From assembly GCA_027492545.1 (NCBI GenBank), contig JAPUEL010000042.1:88286-152285 (forward strand): a stretch of 64,000 nt of DNA, in the 5' to 3' direction. Positions 42,938 through 53,078 of this stretch are shown piece after piece. This DNA comes from Propionibacteriaceae bacterium (GTDB taxonomy: Bacteria > Actinomycetota > Actinomycetes > Propionibacteriales > Propionibacteriaceae). Within the stretch, counting starts at the first letter, position 1. Each line of letters starts with the position of its first letter. The translations under genes and the position numbers were made by a program. Below the pieces are notes generated by a model. That model searched no databases and was not told where the DNA came from. It saw only the letters and a list, made by a program, of their open reading frames with translations.

Positions 42938-43735
42938 CTAACGGGAGTTGAGTTGCCGACGCGCCTGGTCAAGCCGGGCGGCAACGGTTGATTCGATGAC
43001 GTCGTCGTCGATGGCCACATTCATGCCGCCGAGGACCGAGGGGTCCACGTCGATCTGCAGGGACACGGTGCGGCCCACCTGGGCCTCCAGCGCTCTCTTG
43101 AGCCGCGCGACGCGCGCCTCGTCGAGCGGCCGCGCCACCGTGACGCGGGCGATCTTCTCGCCAGCCACGTCCGCGGCCATCTCCAGGATGACGCCGACCG
43201 TCTGCGCGATGTTGCGGCGCCTGGCCCTGACGGCCCGCCCCGCGAGGGTGCGGGTGACAGGGTGGACCTTGCCCGCGATCAGGGTGTCGACGAGGGACTT
43301 CTTGGCCTCGACGGGGTACGTCTGGTTGCGCAGGGTCCCGGCCAGCTCGGGTGACGAGTCGATGGTGGCCGCCAGCGTGTGCAGCTGGTCCGCCACCTCG
43401 TCGATGTCCCCGGCCCGGTGGGCCGACTGGAGCGCCAGGCGAATGCCCTGCCGCTCGATGCCCGCCACCATGTCCGCGCCGCTGCCCCAGGAGGCCCCGA
43501 GCACTTCCATGATGACCGCCAGCGTCGACGCCGACACGCGAGCGCCGAACAGCCGCTTCGCCAGCCCTGAGCGATCCTCGAACGAGGCCGACGGGTCCGA
43601 CAGGGAACGACGCAGCATCGGTTGGCCGTCGATCAGGTCGACGACGGCGAACAGCTCGCTCGCCGTGGCGGCATCGGCAGAGAGGCCGTCCACGGAGGAG
43701 TCGAGTCCAGCGGGTGCGGCGCCGCGGGCCATCAT
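42938..43735 (-). CDS. atpH: ATP synthase delta subunit
   Basis: VTVARPL, VDPSVLGG; operon position. Confidence 0.93.
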   Translation of the reverse strand: MMARGAAPAGLDSSVDGLSADAATASELFAVVDLIDGQPMLRRSLSDPSASFEDRSGLAKRLFGARVSASTLAVIMEVLGASWGSGADMVAGIERQGIRLALQSAHRAGDIDEVADQLHTLAATIDSSPELAGTLRNQTYPVEAKKSLVDTLIAGKVHPVTRTLAGRAVRARRRNIAQTVGVILEMAADVAGEKIARVTVARPLDEARVARLKRALEAQVGRTVSLQIDVDPSVLGGMNVAIDDDVIESTVAARLDQARRQLNSR

Positions 43736-44277
43736 CGGGCCTGACCCGCCGACTCGAGCTCAGCCAGGAACCGGTCGACGGTGCGCATGGCGCGCTCGTC
43801 GTCGGTCAACGACTCGCCGACGATCTTGCCGGCCAGCACGGTGGCCATGCCGCCCACCTCGCCCCGGAGGTCGTGGACGAGCTGGGCCCGTTCGGCCTCG
43901 AGCTGCAGCCGACCGGCCTCGAGGATCCGCTGGGACTCCTTCGATGCCTTGTCGCGGGCCTCGGCGAGCACCGTCGCGGACTGGTTCTTCGCATCCTCGC
44001 GGATGCGGGCAGCCTCTTCGCGGGCAGCGGCCAACTGGTCGCTGTATTCGGCGAGTGCAGCCTCGGCCTTGGCTTCCGCCGCCGCCGCCCGCTGCATGCC
44101 GCCCTCGATCTTGTTCGAGCGCTCCTCGTACATCTTCTCGAAGGCCGGTACCACGGCCTTGCGCATCAGCACGTAGATCAGCAGCATCAGGACGATGCCG
44201 ACGACGATCTCCGAGAGATAGTGGGGCAGCAGGGGCCCCAGATCGATCTCGAGAAGCGCCCCGGTGAAGGGGAACAT
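43732..44277 (-). CDS. atpF: ATP synthase subunit b
   Basis: N-terminal TM helix followed by a coiled coil; operon position. Confidence 0.95.
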   Translation of the reverse strand: MFPFTGALLEIDLGPLLPHYLSEIVVGIVLMLLIYVLMRKAVVPAFEKMYEERSNKIEGGMQRAAAAEAKAEAALAEYSDQLAAAREEAARIREDAKNQSATVLAEARDKASKESQRILEAGRLQLEAERAQLVHDLRGEVGGMATVLAGKIVGESLTDDERAMRTVDRFLAELESAGQAR

Positions 44278-44285
44278 GATGCTGC

Positions 44286-44504
44286 TCAGAGGACGAAGGC
44301 GAGGGCGATGGCGATGATGGCGAGTGCCTCAACCACGGCGAAGCCGATGAAGGCGGTGCCCATCATGGCACCACGGGCCTCGGGCTGGCGGGCCGTGCCG
44401 TTGATGACCGACGCGAAGATCCAGGCGACGCCGAGGGCCGGCGCGATCGTGGCGATCGCGTAGCCGATCATGTTCAGCGAGCCGGTGATTTCGAGGAGGG
44501 ACAT
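44286..44504 (-). CDS. atpE: ATP synthase subunit c
   Basis: ARQPE loop and VVEALA (ion-binding Glu). Confidence 0.96.
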   Translation of the reverse strand: MSLLEITGSLNMIGYAIATIAPALGVAWIFASVINGTARQPEARGAMMGTAFIGFAVVEALAIIAIALAFVL

Positions 44505-44563
44505 TGACTTTTCCTTTCGGATGGCTTCTGAGAACGGGCTTGTTTCTCAGGAGTCGGATTGAC

Positions 44564-45370
44564 TTAGTGCGCCTCGGCGATCGAGGTGGACACGTACTGG
44601 GCGGTGAGAACGGTGAAGATGTAGGCCTGCAGGGCGCCGATGAACAGTTCCAGGAAGAGGATGATGAGGCTGAACGCGAGCGAGACTCCGCCGGCCACAT
44701 TGAAGAAGAGGTTGTCCTGCACCGTGAGCAGGTAGCCGCCGCCCACCACGAACACCACGACCACGAGGTGGCCGGCGAACAGGTTGGCGAAGAGACGCAG
44801 CGCCAGCGTGATCGGACGGGTGATGAAGGTGGCCAGGAACTCCAGCGGGATCACCAGGATCAGGAGGTAGGCCGGCACGCCCTCCGGGATCAGGGCCTTC
44901 TTGAGGAATCCGCCGAAGCCCCACTTGCGGAAGCCGGCGCCCACGTAGATGACCCAGGAGAGGATGGCCAGGCCGTACGCGTAGCCGACGTTGGAGAACG
45001 TCGGGTACATGAAGAGGAAGAACTCGCCGAACCAGTTGTTGACCAGGATGAACGAGAAGAGGCCGAGCAGGTAGGGCAGGAACTTCTTGAAGTCATGGTG
45101 GAGGATGTCGCGCGCGATGCCGTTGCGCACGAACTCGTAGACGTACTCGGCCAGGAACTGCGTCTTGGTGGGCTTGACCTGCAGTTTCCTCGACGCTAAC
45201 CACCAGAGGATCATCACGAGGGCCGCCCCGATCAGCGCCTGGAAGAACGGCTTGTTCATCCAGTCCGGGAGCACGCCCGGCCAGACCGAGTACCACAGGA
45301 AGTCGTCGGTGCCCGGGGGGTGGTATCCGCCCTCGCTACCGGTCTCCATCGGAAGTAGCCCCAGTGTCAC
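44564..45370 (-). CDS. atpB: ATP synthase subunit a
   Basis: RPITLALRLFANLFAGH, LQAYIFTVL; GTG overlaps the upstream stop. Confidence 0.96.
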   Translation of the reverse strand: MTLGLLPMETGSEGGYHPPGTDDFLWYSVWPGVLPDWMNKPFFQALIGAALVMILWWLASRKLQVKPTKTQFLAEYVYEFVRNGIARDILHHDFKKFLPYLLGLFSFILVNNWFGEFFLFMYPTFSNVGYAYGLAILSWVIYVGAGFRKWGFGGFLKKALIPEGVPAYLLILVIPLEFLATFITRPITLALRLFANLFAGHLVVVVFVVGGGYLLTVQDNLFFNVAGGVSLAFSLIILFLELFIGALQAYIFTVLTAQYVSTSIAEAH

Positions 45371-45591
45371 GTACCGCTCCCGTATCGCTTGATGATGAGG
45401 TAGAGGCTGGTCACGAGGCCCAGGATCAGGCCGAGCGGCAGCATCCACGCAGTATTCAGGAAGTAGTCCCCGACCCAGCCGAGGCCACCGTAGAAGATGA
45501 TCCCGCTGAGCAGGTAGCTGAGCACGAGCATGCCGTCGTCTGAGCGCCTTCCAGGTCCTTCTGGCGCGTTCTCCGACGGTGAATTGCCCAT
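45367..45591 (-). CDS. AtpZ/AtpI family small membrane protein
   Basis: LSYLLSGIIFYGGLGWVGD...LGLILG; position before atpB. Confidence 0.85.
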   Translation of the reverse strand: MGNSPSENAPEGPGRRSDDGMLVLSYLLSGIIFYGGLGWVGDYFLNTAWMLPLGLILGLVTSLYLIIKRYGSGT

Positions 45592-45643
45592 GTCGTGAGT
45601 GAGCCTAGCGGAAACGCGGCGCTGAATCATATTCCGTCGGGGG

Positions 45644-46096
45644 TCAGTCCAAAGAGGGGGGGTGGTATTCGGTGTCGTAGACCGGCACCCGCTGGCGCGC
45701 CGCCACGAGTACCACCCCCGTCACCCAGGCCAGGACCGTTCCGGCGACGCTGAGGAGCAGCCAACCGTCCCTCACCAGCGGTGCGACGGCGGGGTGGCTG
45801 AGGATGAACCACAGCCCGGCCGCGATCCCGATCACCCGCACCGCGTAGCTGACCAGCACCAGGGCCATCCCCTGGAAGTCGGCGAGTTCCGAGGCCACCA
45901 CTTCGATGGCCTGGCCCACGGAGTAGAAGATGACGACGGCGGCGAACCCCAGCGCCGCGGTGACCGCGGCCGGAGCACCGCCGAGCCCGAGCGCCAGCCC
46001 GATGACCGTCAGGCCGACGGTGTGTCCGCCCACCAGGCCGCCGATCATCATCTGCCGGGCGCGTCGGGTGGCGTCGGTGACCCGTCGCTCAGCCAC
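45644..46096 (-). CDS. ATP synthase protein I-like membrane protein
   Basis: Four TM helices; lies between wecA and the atp genes, like the Rv1303-type gene. Confidence 0.7.
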   Translation of the reverse strand: MAERRVTDATRRARQMMIGGLVGGHTVGLTVIGLALGLGGAPAAVTAALGFAAVVIFYSVGQAIEVVASELADFQGMALVLVSYAVRVIGIAAGLWFILSHPAVAPLVRDGWLLLSVAGTVLAWVTGVVLVAARQRVPVYDTEYHPPSLD

Positions 46097-47231
46097 GGCG
46101 CTCCTGGGCGGCCTCGTCGGGATCCACGGCCACCCCGGCCGGTGCCGAGCGCATGGGCCGGACGGTCAGGCCGAGGACGGTCAGCAGTGCGAGGCCGACG
46201 ACCCACCCCATGTAGGGCCAGCTCGACAGCGCAACCGCCACCAGGCCCACCGACACCACGGCCGTCCAGCCGTACATGAGCAGCACGGCCCCCCAGTGCG
46301 AGTGGCCCATCGCGAGCAGCCTGTGGTGCAGGTGCTGCTTGTCGGCGTGGAAGACGTGCTGCCCCTTCCAGGTGCGCCGGGCCCAGGCGAGGATCAGGTC
46401 GGCGATGGGCAGCGCCAGGGCGGCAAGCGGCAGGAGGATGGGCAGCAGGGCGGGCAGCAGGTTGCCGTCCTGCTGGTCCGTCGCGCCGGGATCGAGTTGG
46501 CCGGTGAACGAGATGGCGCTCATGGCCATCAGCAGCCCGAGCAGCATCGCCCCCGAATCCCCCATGAACATCTTCGCCGGGTGGAAGTTGTGCAGCAGGA
46601 AGCCCGCCGCGATGCCGCAGGTGGCCACCGTGATGAGGCTCGCCGTGGTGGCCCGGACCAGCTCCTGCTCGTAGGCGAGCACGTAGGTGTAGCTGAAGAA
46701 GGCACCCGAGCCGATGGTCACCACGCCCGCCGCGAGCCCGTCCAGCCCGTCGACGAAGTTGACCGCGTTGACGCACAGGGCGATGAAGAACACCGTGATC
46801 AGGATGCTGGTGACGTCGTCCAGCGCGACGATCCTGTTCGGCAGCGGGATCCAGTAGATCCGCACCCCCTGCAGCACCGCGACCCCCGCGGCGAGCACCT
46901 GCCCGCCGAGCTTGACCATGGCCGGCATGTCGTACTTGTCGTCGAGCACCCCGATGACCGTGATGATGAGGCCGGCCCACACCACAGCCCACGCATCGTG
47001 TTCCACCGTGGTGTAGCGGCCCAGGAACGGCATCTGCAGGGCCAGCAGGAACGCCACGACGAGGCCGCCGAACATGGCGACGCCGCCGAAGTACGGGATG
47101 GGCTCGGTGTGGACGTCGCGGCTCCGGACCGAGGCGAGCGCCCCGGTGCGGACCGCGATGCTCCGGGCCAGGCCCGACAGGAGGTAGGTCGTGCCGGCGG
47201 CGACCAGCAGCACCAGGAGGTATTCGCGCAT
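46089..47231 (-). CDS. wecA: Undecaprenyl/decaprenyl-phosphate GlcNAc-1-phosphate transferase (WecA/Rfe, GT4/MraY family)
   Basis: PIPYFGG, GVLDD, NAVNFVDGLDGLA, FMGDSG, ADKQHLHH. Confidence 0.92.
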   Translation of the reverse strand: MREYLLVLLVAAGTTYLLSGLARSIAVRTGALASVRSRDVHTEPIPYFGGVAMFGGLVVAFLLALQMPFLGRYTTVEHDAWAVVWAGLIITVIGVLDDKYDMPAMVKLGGQVLAAGVAVLQGVRIYWIPLPNRIVALDDVTSILITVFFIALCVNAVNFVDGLDGLAAGVVTIGSGAFFSYTYVLAYEQELVRATTASLITVATCGIAAGFLLHNFHPAKMFMGDSGAMLLGLLMAMSAISFTGQLDPGATDQQDGNLLPALLPILLPLAALALPIADLILAWARRTWKGQHVFHADKQHLHHRLLAMGHSHWGAVLLMYGWTAVVSVGLVAVALSSWPYMGWVVGLALLTVLGLTVRPMRSAPAGVAVDPDEAAQERRG

Positions 47232-47238
47232 GTGCGGG

Positions 47239-47880
47239 TTAGCTCTGCTCGATCCCCGGGGCGACCTCGAGCAGGGCCTCGAGGGGCAGCGCGCCCTGGC
47301 GCAGCACGCGTCCCCCGGCGACGGAGGCGAAGTCGACGATGGTGGAGGCCACTCCCCCGGTGACCGTGCCGCCGTCGAGATAGACCGCGACCCGCTCCCC
47401 CAGTTGATCCCTGGCCTCGTCGCAGGTGAGGGCCGCCGGCTGTCCGGACACGTTCGCGGAGCTGACCGCCAACGGGCCGGTGCGCCGCAGCAAGGCGCGC
47501 GCGCCGTCGTGATCAGGAACGCGCACCGCGACCGTGCCCTTCGTCTCGCCGAGCGACATGCCCGAACGTGCCTGGGCCTTGAGGATGAGCGTGAGCGCGC
47601 CCGGCCAGAACGCCTTGGCCAGGGCCGCGGCACCCGCGGGCACCTCGTCGGCGATGGCGCGCAGCATCGACGGCTCTGCGATCAGGACCGGCGGGGGCAT
47701 GTCGCGGCCGCGCTCCTTGGCGTCGAGGAGGCCCTGCACCGCTGTGGCGTCGAACGCGTTGGCGCCGATCCCGTAGACGGTGTCGGTGGGGAGCACGACG
47801 CACCGACCGCCCCGGACGGCTTCGGCCGCCGCCGCCAGGCCGGCCTCCTGGTCGGTGCTGAGGTTGAACACGTCGGTCAC
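47239..47880 (-). CDS. tsaC: L-threonylcarbamoyladenylate synthase (Sua5/TsaC)
   Basis: LPTDTVYG, AKERGRDMPPP, FWPGALT, VSSAN. Confidence 0.93.
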   Translation of the reverse strand: MTDVFNLSTDQEAGLAAAAEAVRGGRCVVLPTDTVYGIGANAFDATAVQGLLDAKERGRDMPPPVLIAEPSMLRAIADEVPAGAAALAKAFWPGALTLILKAQARSGMSLGETKGTVAVRVPDHDGARALLRRTGPLAVSSANVSGQPAALTCDEARDQLGERVAVYLDGGTVTGGVASTIVDFASVAGGRVLRQGALPLEALLEVAPGIEQS

Positions 47881-48734
47881 TGGGCCATCCTGCCACGGGC
47901 GGGGAGCCTGACGCCGGTGACGTACCGGGGGCGGCCGGCGAGGTCGGGGTGGGACGTGACGTCCCCGAAGCCTGCCCCGGCCACCAGCGACATCACCTCG
48001 CCGGCGTGGCTCTCATCGTGCTCGGTGGCCAGGAGCCCGCCCGGCAGGAGCAGCCTCGCCGCGACGTCCGCCACGACCCGCAGGGCGTCCAGCCCGTCGT
48101 CGCCGGAGAACAGCGCCAGCTCGGGGTCGTGGTCCACCACGTCCGTGGGGAGCAGCCCGCGATGCGTCTCAGGGATGTAGGGGGGATTGGCGATCACCAG
48201 GTCGACGGCGCCGTCGAGGTGCCGGAAGGCGTCAGCCATGTCGCCGCGCACCACGTCGACGCCGAGCCCCTCGAGGTTGCGGGTGAGGTAGGCGAAGGCG
48301 TCGTCGGACAGCTCCACGGCGTGCACCTCGACCCCGCCCAGCTCCCGGGCGATCGATGCGCTGATGGCCCCCGAACCGGCACACAGCTCGACGACGCGGC
48401 GCGAGCCCACGGGCCGCTCGGCGAGGCGCTCGAGGGCCCAGCCCACCATCTCCTCGGTCTCCGGCCGGGGGATGAACACGCCTGGGCCGACGGCGAGGGT
48501 CTCGTAGCGGAAGTGGGCCTCCCCGGTCAGGTGTTGCAGGGGAACTCCCTCGCCGCGACGGCGCGCCAACTCGTCGATGGCGGCCCGCTGGGCGGCGTCG
48601 ACGCTCCCGATCCGCAGCAGCCCGGAGGGCTCCACACCCAGGACGTGGGCGACCAGCTGCCGCGCCTCGGGGCCGGGGCTCGGCGAGCCGGCCCGCGCGA
48701 GACGGGCCGCCACCTCGAAGGCGACCTCGGTCAC
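47877..48734 (-). CDS. prmC: Release factor glutamine methyltransferase
   Basis: [27 protein letters not shown]. Confidence 0.95.
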   Translation of the reverse strand: MTEVAFEVAARLARAGSPSPGPEARQLVAHVLGVEPSGLLRIGSVDAAQRAAIDELARRRGEGVPLQHLTGEAHFRYETLAVGPGVFIPRPETEEMVGWALERLAERPVGSRRVVELCAGSGAISASIARELGGVEVHAVELSDDAFAYLTRNLEGLGVDVVRGDMADAFRHLDGAVDLVIANPPYIPETHRGLLPTDVVDHDPELALFSGDDGLDALRVVADVAARLLLPGGLLATEHDESHAGEVMSLVAGAGFGDVTSHPDLAGRPRYVTGVRLPARGRMAQ

Positions 48735-49798
48735 CCGCCCACCCCGGCGAGCCGCTCCGCGAGGTCCTGCTCCGCCAGCGCGTCCAGCAGCGGCGTCATC
48801 GCCCCCTCCAGGAACTGGTCCAGGTTGTGGGCCTTGAACCCGATGCGATGGTCGGTGATCCGGTTCTCGGGGTAGTTGTAGGTGCGGATGCGCTCGGAGC
48901 GGTCCACGGTGCGGACCTGCGACTTGCGCGCCTCGGACGCCGCCGACGCCGCCTCGGCCTCGGCCAGTGCGGTGATCCGGGCGCGGAGCATCCGCATGGC
49001 GGAGTCGCGGTTCTGCAGCTGGGAACGCTCGTTCTGGCAGGACACCACCGTGCCCGTCGGCAGGTGCGTGATCCGCACCGCGGAGTCGGTCGTGTTGACG
49101 CCCTGGCCGCCGGGTCCGGAGGCGCGGAAGACGTCGATGCGGAGGTCGTCGTCGTTGATCTCCACCTCGTCGGCCTCCACGTCCGGCATCACCATCACGC
49201 CTGCTGCCGAGGTGTGGATGCGCCCCTGCGACTCGGTGACGGGCACCCGCTGCACCCGGTGCACCCCGCCCTCGAACTTCAGCCGGCCGTACGGGCCGAA
49301 GGCGCTCCCCGTGGCGGCCTTCACCGCGAACGTCACCGACTTGTACCCCCCGAGATCGGTCTCCTGCGAGTCCAGCAGCTCGACCTTCCACCCTGTCTGC
49401 TCCGCGTAGCGGGTGTACATCTTCAGCAGGTCCCCGGCGAACAGGGCGGACTCGTCGCCGCCCTCCCCCGACTTGATCTCCACGAGCGCATCGGCGTCGT
49501 CGTTGGGGTCCCGCGGCGCCAGCAGCTTGGTCAGCCGCCCGGTGGCCACCTCCAGCTGCGCGTCGAGGTCGGCCACCTCGTCGGCGAACGAGGGATCGTC
49601 GGCGGCCAGCTCGGCGGCCGCCTCGCGGTCCTCGGAGAGCCTGCGGTACAGGTCGATCCCCTCGACGACGGGTCGCAGCGCGGCGTAGCGCCGGCCCACC
49701 CTCCGGGATCGGGCCACGTCGGAGTGCAGTTCCGGGTCCGAGAGCTGCAACTCCAGCTCGCGGAACTCGTCGACGAGGGGCTGGGCGTTGTCGAACAT
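48731..49798 (-). CDS. prfA: Peptide chain release factor 1
   Basis: HRVQRVPVT (PxT), [21 protein letters not shown]. Confidence 0.97.
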   Translation of the reverse strand: MFDNAQPLVDEFRELELQLSDPELHSDVARSRRVGRRYAALRPVVEGIDLYRRLSEDREAAAELAADDPSFADEVADLDAQLEVATGRLTKLLAPRDPNDDADALVEIKSGEGGDESALFAGDLLKMYTRYAEQTGWKVELLDSQETDLGGYKSVTFAVKAATGSAFGPYGRLKFEGGVHRVQRVPVTESQGRIHTSAAGVMVMPDVEADEVEINDDDLRIDVFRASGPGGQGVNTTDSAVRITHLPTGTVVSCQNERSQLQNRDSAMRMLRARITALAEAEAASAASEARKSQVRTVDRSERIRTYNYPENRITDHRIGFKAHNLDQFLEGAMTPLLDALAEQDLAERLAGVGG

Positions 49799-49873
49799 CA
49801 CTGACTCCTTCTGTGGCGGCAAACGAAACGGGCGCCGGGCGGGTTGATACCCTCCCGACGCCCGAGCGTGAAG

Positions 49874-50080
49874 CTACTTCTTGGCGTACCGCTTCTCGAA
49901 GCGGGCCACGCGGCCACCGGTGTCGAGGATCTTCTGCTTGCCGGTGTAGAACGGGTGGCATTCGGCGCAGACGTCCGCGCTCAGCGCGCCCTTCTTGCTG
50001 GTGCTCTTGGTGGTGAACGTGTTGCCGCAGGTGCAGTGGACCTGGGTCTCGACGTAATCAGGGTGGATGCCCTGCTTCAT
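49874..50080 (-). CDS. rpmE: 50S ribosomal protein L31, Zn-binding type
   Basis: MKQGIHP, CTC and [10 protein letters not shown]. Confidence 0.97.
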   Translation of the reverse strand: MKQGIHPDYVETQVHCTCGNTFTTKSTSKKGALSADVCAECHPFYTGKQKILDTGGRVARFEKRYAKK

Positions 50081-50100
50081 GGTGACTCCTTGATTCTGTG

Positions 50101-50145
50101 GCCGGGTCGCTGGCCCCGATGGGCCTGGAGGATGCGTGAACCGGC
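50101..50145 (-). promoter_or_regulatory. Structured rpmE 5' leader (candidate L31 r-protein leader)
   Basis: GCCGG-TTCA...GCGAC-CCGGC closing stem with an inner GGCCC/GGGCC hairpin, between a CACAAT -10 hexamer and the SD. Confidence 0.5.
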
Positions 50146-50193
50146 GCGACCCCCAATTGTGCCTCGCCGGCCCACCAAAGCCAAGTCGGCCGA

Positions 50194-52002
50194 TCAGCCG
50201 TCGGCCGCCGGCGTGGTCTTGAGGACGCTGAGCAGGAACTCATGGTTGCTGGCGGTCTTGGTCATCCTCGACTTGAGCGTCTCCAGAGCCTGCTGATCGT
50301 CGAGCCCGGACAGGGCCCGCCGGAGCTTCCAGATGATGTTGAGCTCATCGCGGCCCAGCAGCAGGTCCTCGCGTCGGGTTCCGGAGGCGTCGACGTCGAT
50401 GGCCGGGAAGATGCGCTTGTCCGCGAGTTCGCGGCGCAGGCGCAGCTCCATGTTGCCGGTGCCCTTGAACTCCTCGAAGATCACCTCGTCCATCTTCGAA
50501 CCGGTCTCGATGAGGGCGGTGGCCAGGATGGTCAGCGAGCCGCCGTTCTCGATGTTGCGGGCGGCGCCGAAGAACTTCTTCGGCGGGTAGAGGGCCGCCG
50601 AGTCCACGCCACCGGAGAGGATGCGTCCGGACGCGGGCGCGGCCAGGTTGTAGGCGCGCCCGAGGCGGGTGATGCCGTCAAGCAGCACCACGACGTCATG
50701 GCCGAGCTCCACGAGCCGCTTGGCCCGCTCGATGGCGAGCTCCGCGACCATGGTGTGGTCCTCGGCCGGCCGGTCGAACGTCGAGGCGATGACCTCGCCG
50801 GAGACGGTCCGCTGGAAGTCGGTGACCTCCTCGGGCCGCTCATCGACGAGGACCACCATGAGGTGCACCTCGGGGTTGTTGACCGCGATCGCGTTGGCGA
50901 TGGCCTGCATCACCATGGTCTTGCCCGCCTTCGGCGGCGAGACGATCAGCCCACGCTGCCCCTTGCCGATGGGCGAGACGAGGTCGATGATCCGGCCGGC
51001 GATGTTGGTCTGCACGGTCTCGAGGCGCAGCCGCTCCTGCGGGTAGAGCGGGGTGAGCTTGGCGAACTCCGCACGTCCCTTGGCCTTCTCCGGGTCGTCG
51101 CCGTTGATGGTGTCGAGGCGCACGAGCGGGCTGAACTTCTCCCTCCGCTCGCCGTCGCGGGGGGCGCGGATCGCACCGGTGATCACGTCGCCTCGGCGCA
51201 TGCCGTAGCGACGGACGGTGGACATCGAGATGTAGGCGTCGCTCGGTCCCGGCAGGTAGCCGGTGGTGCGCACGAACGCGTAGTTGTCCTGGATGTCGAC
51301 GATGCCCGAGATGGTGGCGAGCACGTCGCCCTCGGCGAGGGTGGGTTCGGCCTCCATGCGCTCCATGCCCTGGGCGCCCCTGGCCGGCCGGCGCGTCTGG
51401 CGGTCCTGGCGGTCACGGTTGCGGCGCCGACGGCTGCGGCGCGAGTTGCCCTGGTCGTCGTCGTAGCCGCCCGGCTCGATGTTCATCGGGGGGGCCTGAG
51501 TGGCGGGCGCCGTCGCGGGGGCTGTGGAGGGCTTGCCCCCTCCCATCGCCGCCTCGAGGAGCTCGCCCACCTCGTCGATGGTGTCCTGCTGCTGAGGGCC
51601 GCGCTCCCGGTTGCGACGGCGACGGTTGCGCCCGCCCTCGCCCTCGGACGCCTCGGACGCCTGCTGGCCTCGCGGCTCGCGGGCGGCAGGAGCCTCAGCG
51701 GGCAGCTCGGCCTGCGCCTGCTGCCTCGAGTCGCCGTTCACCTCGCGTGGCTGCTGCTCCGCCTGAGCCGCGGGCTGCTCGGCCCTCGGCCGGCGCTGCC
51801 TGCCCGGCGCCCGGTCCACGGGCGCCGACGCCGCGGGGGCCGAGGCGGCAGGTGCTGGGGCGGACGCCTGGCCACCTGCGGACTGGATGGCGCCCACGAG
51901 GTCTCCCTTGCGCATCGCGGAGACGCCCTTGATCCCCAGACGGGTGGCGACGGATTTGAGCTCGACCAGCTTCATAGCGGACAGGTCTGTGGATTCGCTC
52001 AA
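50194..52002 (-). CDS. rho: Transcription termination factor Rho with actinobacterial N-terminal insertion
   Basis: Arg/Gln-rich insert, [26 protein letters not shown]; TTG start after AAGGAA. Confidence 0.97.
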   Translation of the reverse strand: MSESTDLSAMKLVELKSVATRLGIKGVSAMRKGDLVGAIQSAGGQASAPAPAASAPAASAPVDRAPGRQRRPRAEQPAAQAEQQPREVNGDSRQQAQAELPAEAPAAREPRGQQASEASEGEGGRNRRRRNRERGPQQQDTIDEVGELLEAAMGGGKPSTAPATAPATQAPPMNIEPGGYDDDQGNSRRSRRRRNRDRQDRQTRRPARGAQGMERMEAEPTLAEGDVLATISGIVDIQDNYAFVRTTGYLPGPSDAYISMSTVRRYGMRRGDVITGAIRAPRDGERREKFSPLVRLDTINGDDPEKAKGRAEFAKLTPLYPQERLRLETVQTNIAGRIIDLVSPIGKGQRGLIVSPPKAGKTMVMQAIANAIAVNNPEVHLMVVLVDERPEEVTDFQRTVSGEVIASTFDRPAEDHTMVAELAIERAKRLVELGHDVVVLLDGITRLGRAYNLAAPASGRILSGGVDSAALYPPKKFFGAARNIENGGSLTILATALIETGSKMDEVIFEEFKGTGNMELRLRRELADKRIFPAIDVDASGTRREDLLLGRDELNIIWKLRRALSGLDDQQALETLKSRMTKTASNHEFLLSVLKTTPAADG

Positions 52003-52175
52003 CGAATGGTTCCTTCCATGGAGCCGTGGGGGCAGCTGACGATGCGCGCCGACGGCGTCAAAGTGGTGGAATACGTGGGCACCAGAAAGCCGGGAAGTGT
52101 GATCGCCACGGCGGCGCCTCGGGGTAAACCGACCATCAGCCTAGCAACTGATCCGGTGGCGACCAAAGAATCGCC

Positions 52176-53075
52176 TCAGATCGCCTGCGAGGAGGTCAGC
52201 TCGACCCCTGCGGAGGGCCGCATCCGCCGGGGCGCGAACCCCTCGGCCGGGACGCCGTCGAGGCCCGCCAGCTGCCCGGGCGGCCCGACGGCGATCACGG
52301 TGGGGCCGGCCCCCGAGATGGCGGCCGGCACGCCCGCCGCCCGCAACCGCTGCATCAGTGCGTAGGCGGGCCGCATGAGATCCGCCCGGTACTGCTGATG
52401 GAGGAGGTCCGCGGTGGCGTCGAGCAGCAGGTCAGGCCGCACGGTCAACGCCAGGGGCAGGGCCGCGGCGGCGATGGCCTGGGCCACCGCATCGGTCCGG
52501 GCCACCGTCTGCGGCAGGACGCGGCGCGCCTCGTCGGTGCGGCACTCGAAGCCGGGGACGAAGGCCACGGCCTCGAAATCCGACGGCAGCGGCAATTGAA
52601 CCAGGGAGACCCTGCCCTCACGGGCCCAGGCGAGGATGGCGCCACCCCACACCGCGGCCCCCGCGTTGTCCGGGTGCCCTTCGGCCGCGGTGGCCAGCCG
52701 GGTGATGGCCGCCCGGTCCACCTCGGCCCCGGGGCGGGCAACGCCCCAGGCCAGCGTCAGCCCGGCCACGATCGCGGCGGCCGACGAACCCAGCCCCCGC
52801 GAGTGCGGGATGGTGTTGCGGCAGGTCAGGCGCATGCCGGCCGGGCGCTCGGCCCCGAACTGCGCCAGTCCGTCGAGGAACGAGGAGACGACGAGGTGGC
52901 TCTCGTCCAGCGGCACCCCTGCGGCACCCTCACCGGTGACGATCACCTCCAGGCCAGGGCCGTCCAGCAGGTCGAGCGTGAGCTCGTCGTACCAGTCGAA
53001 CGCCATCCCCACGCAGTCGAACCCGGACCCCAGGTTCGCCGTGGTGGCCGGAACCCGGACGGTGAGCCTCGTCAT
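52176..53075 (-). CDS. thrB: Homoserine kinase
   Basis: VPATTANLGSGFD, PHSRGLGSSAA, EGHPDN, ISGAGPT. Confidence 0.96.
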   Translation of the reverse strand: MTRLTVRVPATTANLGSGFDCVGMAFDWYDELTLDLLDGPGLEVIVTGEGAAGVPLDESHLVVSSFLDGLAQFGAERPAGMRLTCRNTIPHSRGLGSSAAAIVAGLTLAWGVARPGAEVDRAAITRLATAAEGHPDNAGAAVWGGAILAWAREGRVSLVQLPLPSDFEAVAFVPGFECRTDEARRVLPQTVARTDAVAQAIAAAALPLALTVRPDLLLDATADLLHQQYRADLMRPAYALMQRLRAAGVPAAISGAGPTVIAVGPPGQLAGLDGVPAEGFAPRRMRPSAGVELTSSQAI

Positions 53076-53078
53076 GGA

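Noticed and set aside
47877-49961. 694-aa ORF suggesting an RpmE/PrfA-PrmC fusion; similar over-long ORFs at 20499, 25935, 27820, 35543, 54380 and 61752
   Set aside because: The upstream parts are alternative-frame read-through over real genes. True starts are marked by stop/start overlaps, SDs or -10 hexamers.
51400-51900. Low-complexity Arg/Gln/Ala/Pro stretch in rho (also Pro/Ala linkers in kgd and treY)
   Set aside because: Known actinobacterial Rho N-terminal insertion and flexible linkers; not a nucleotide repeat system.
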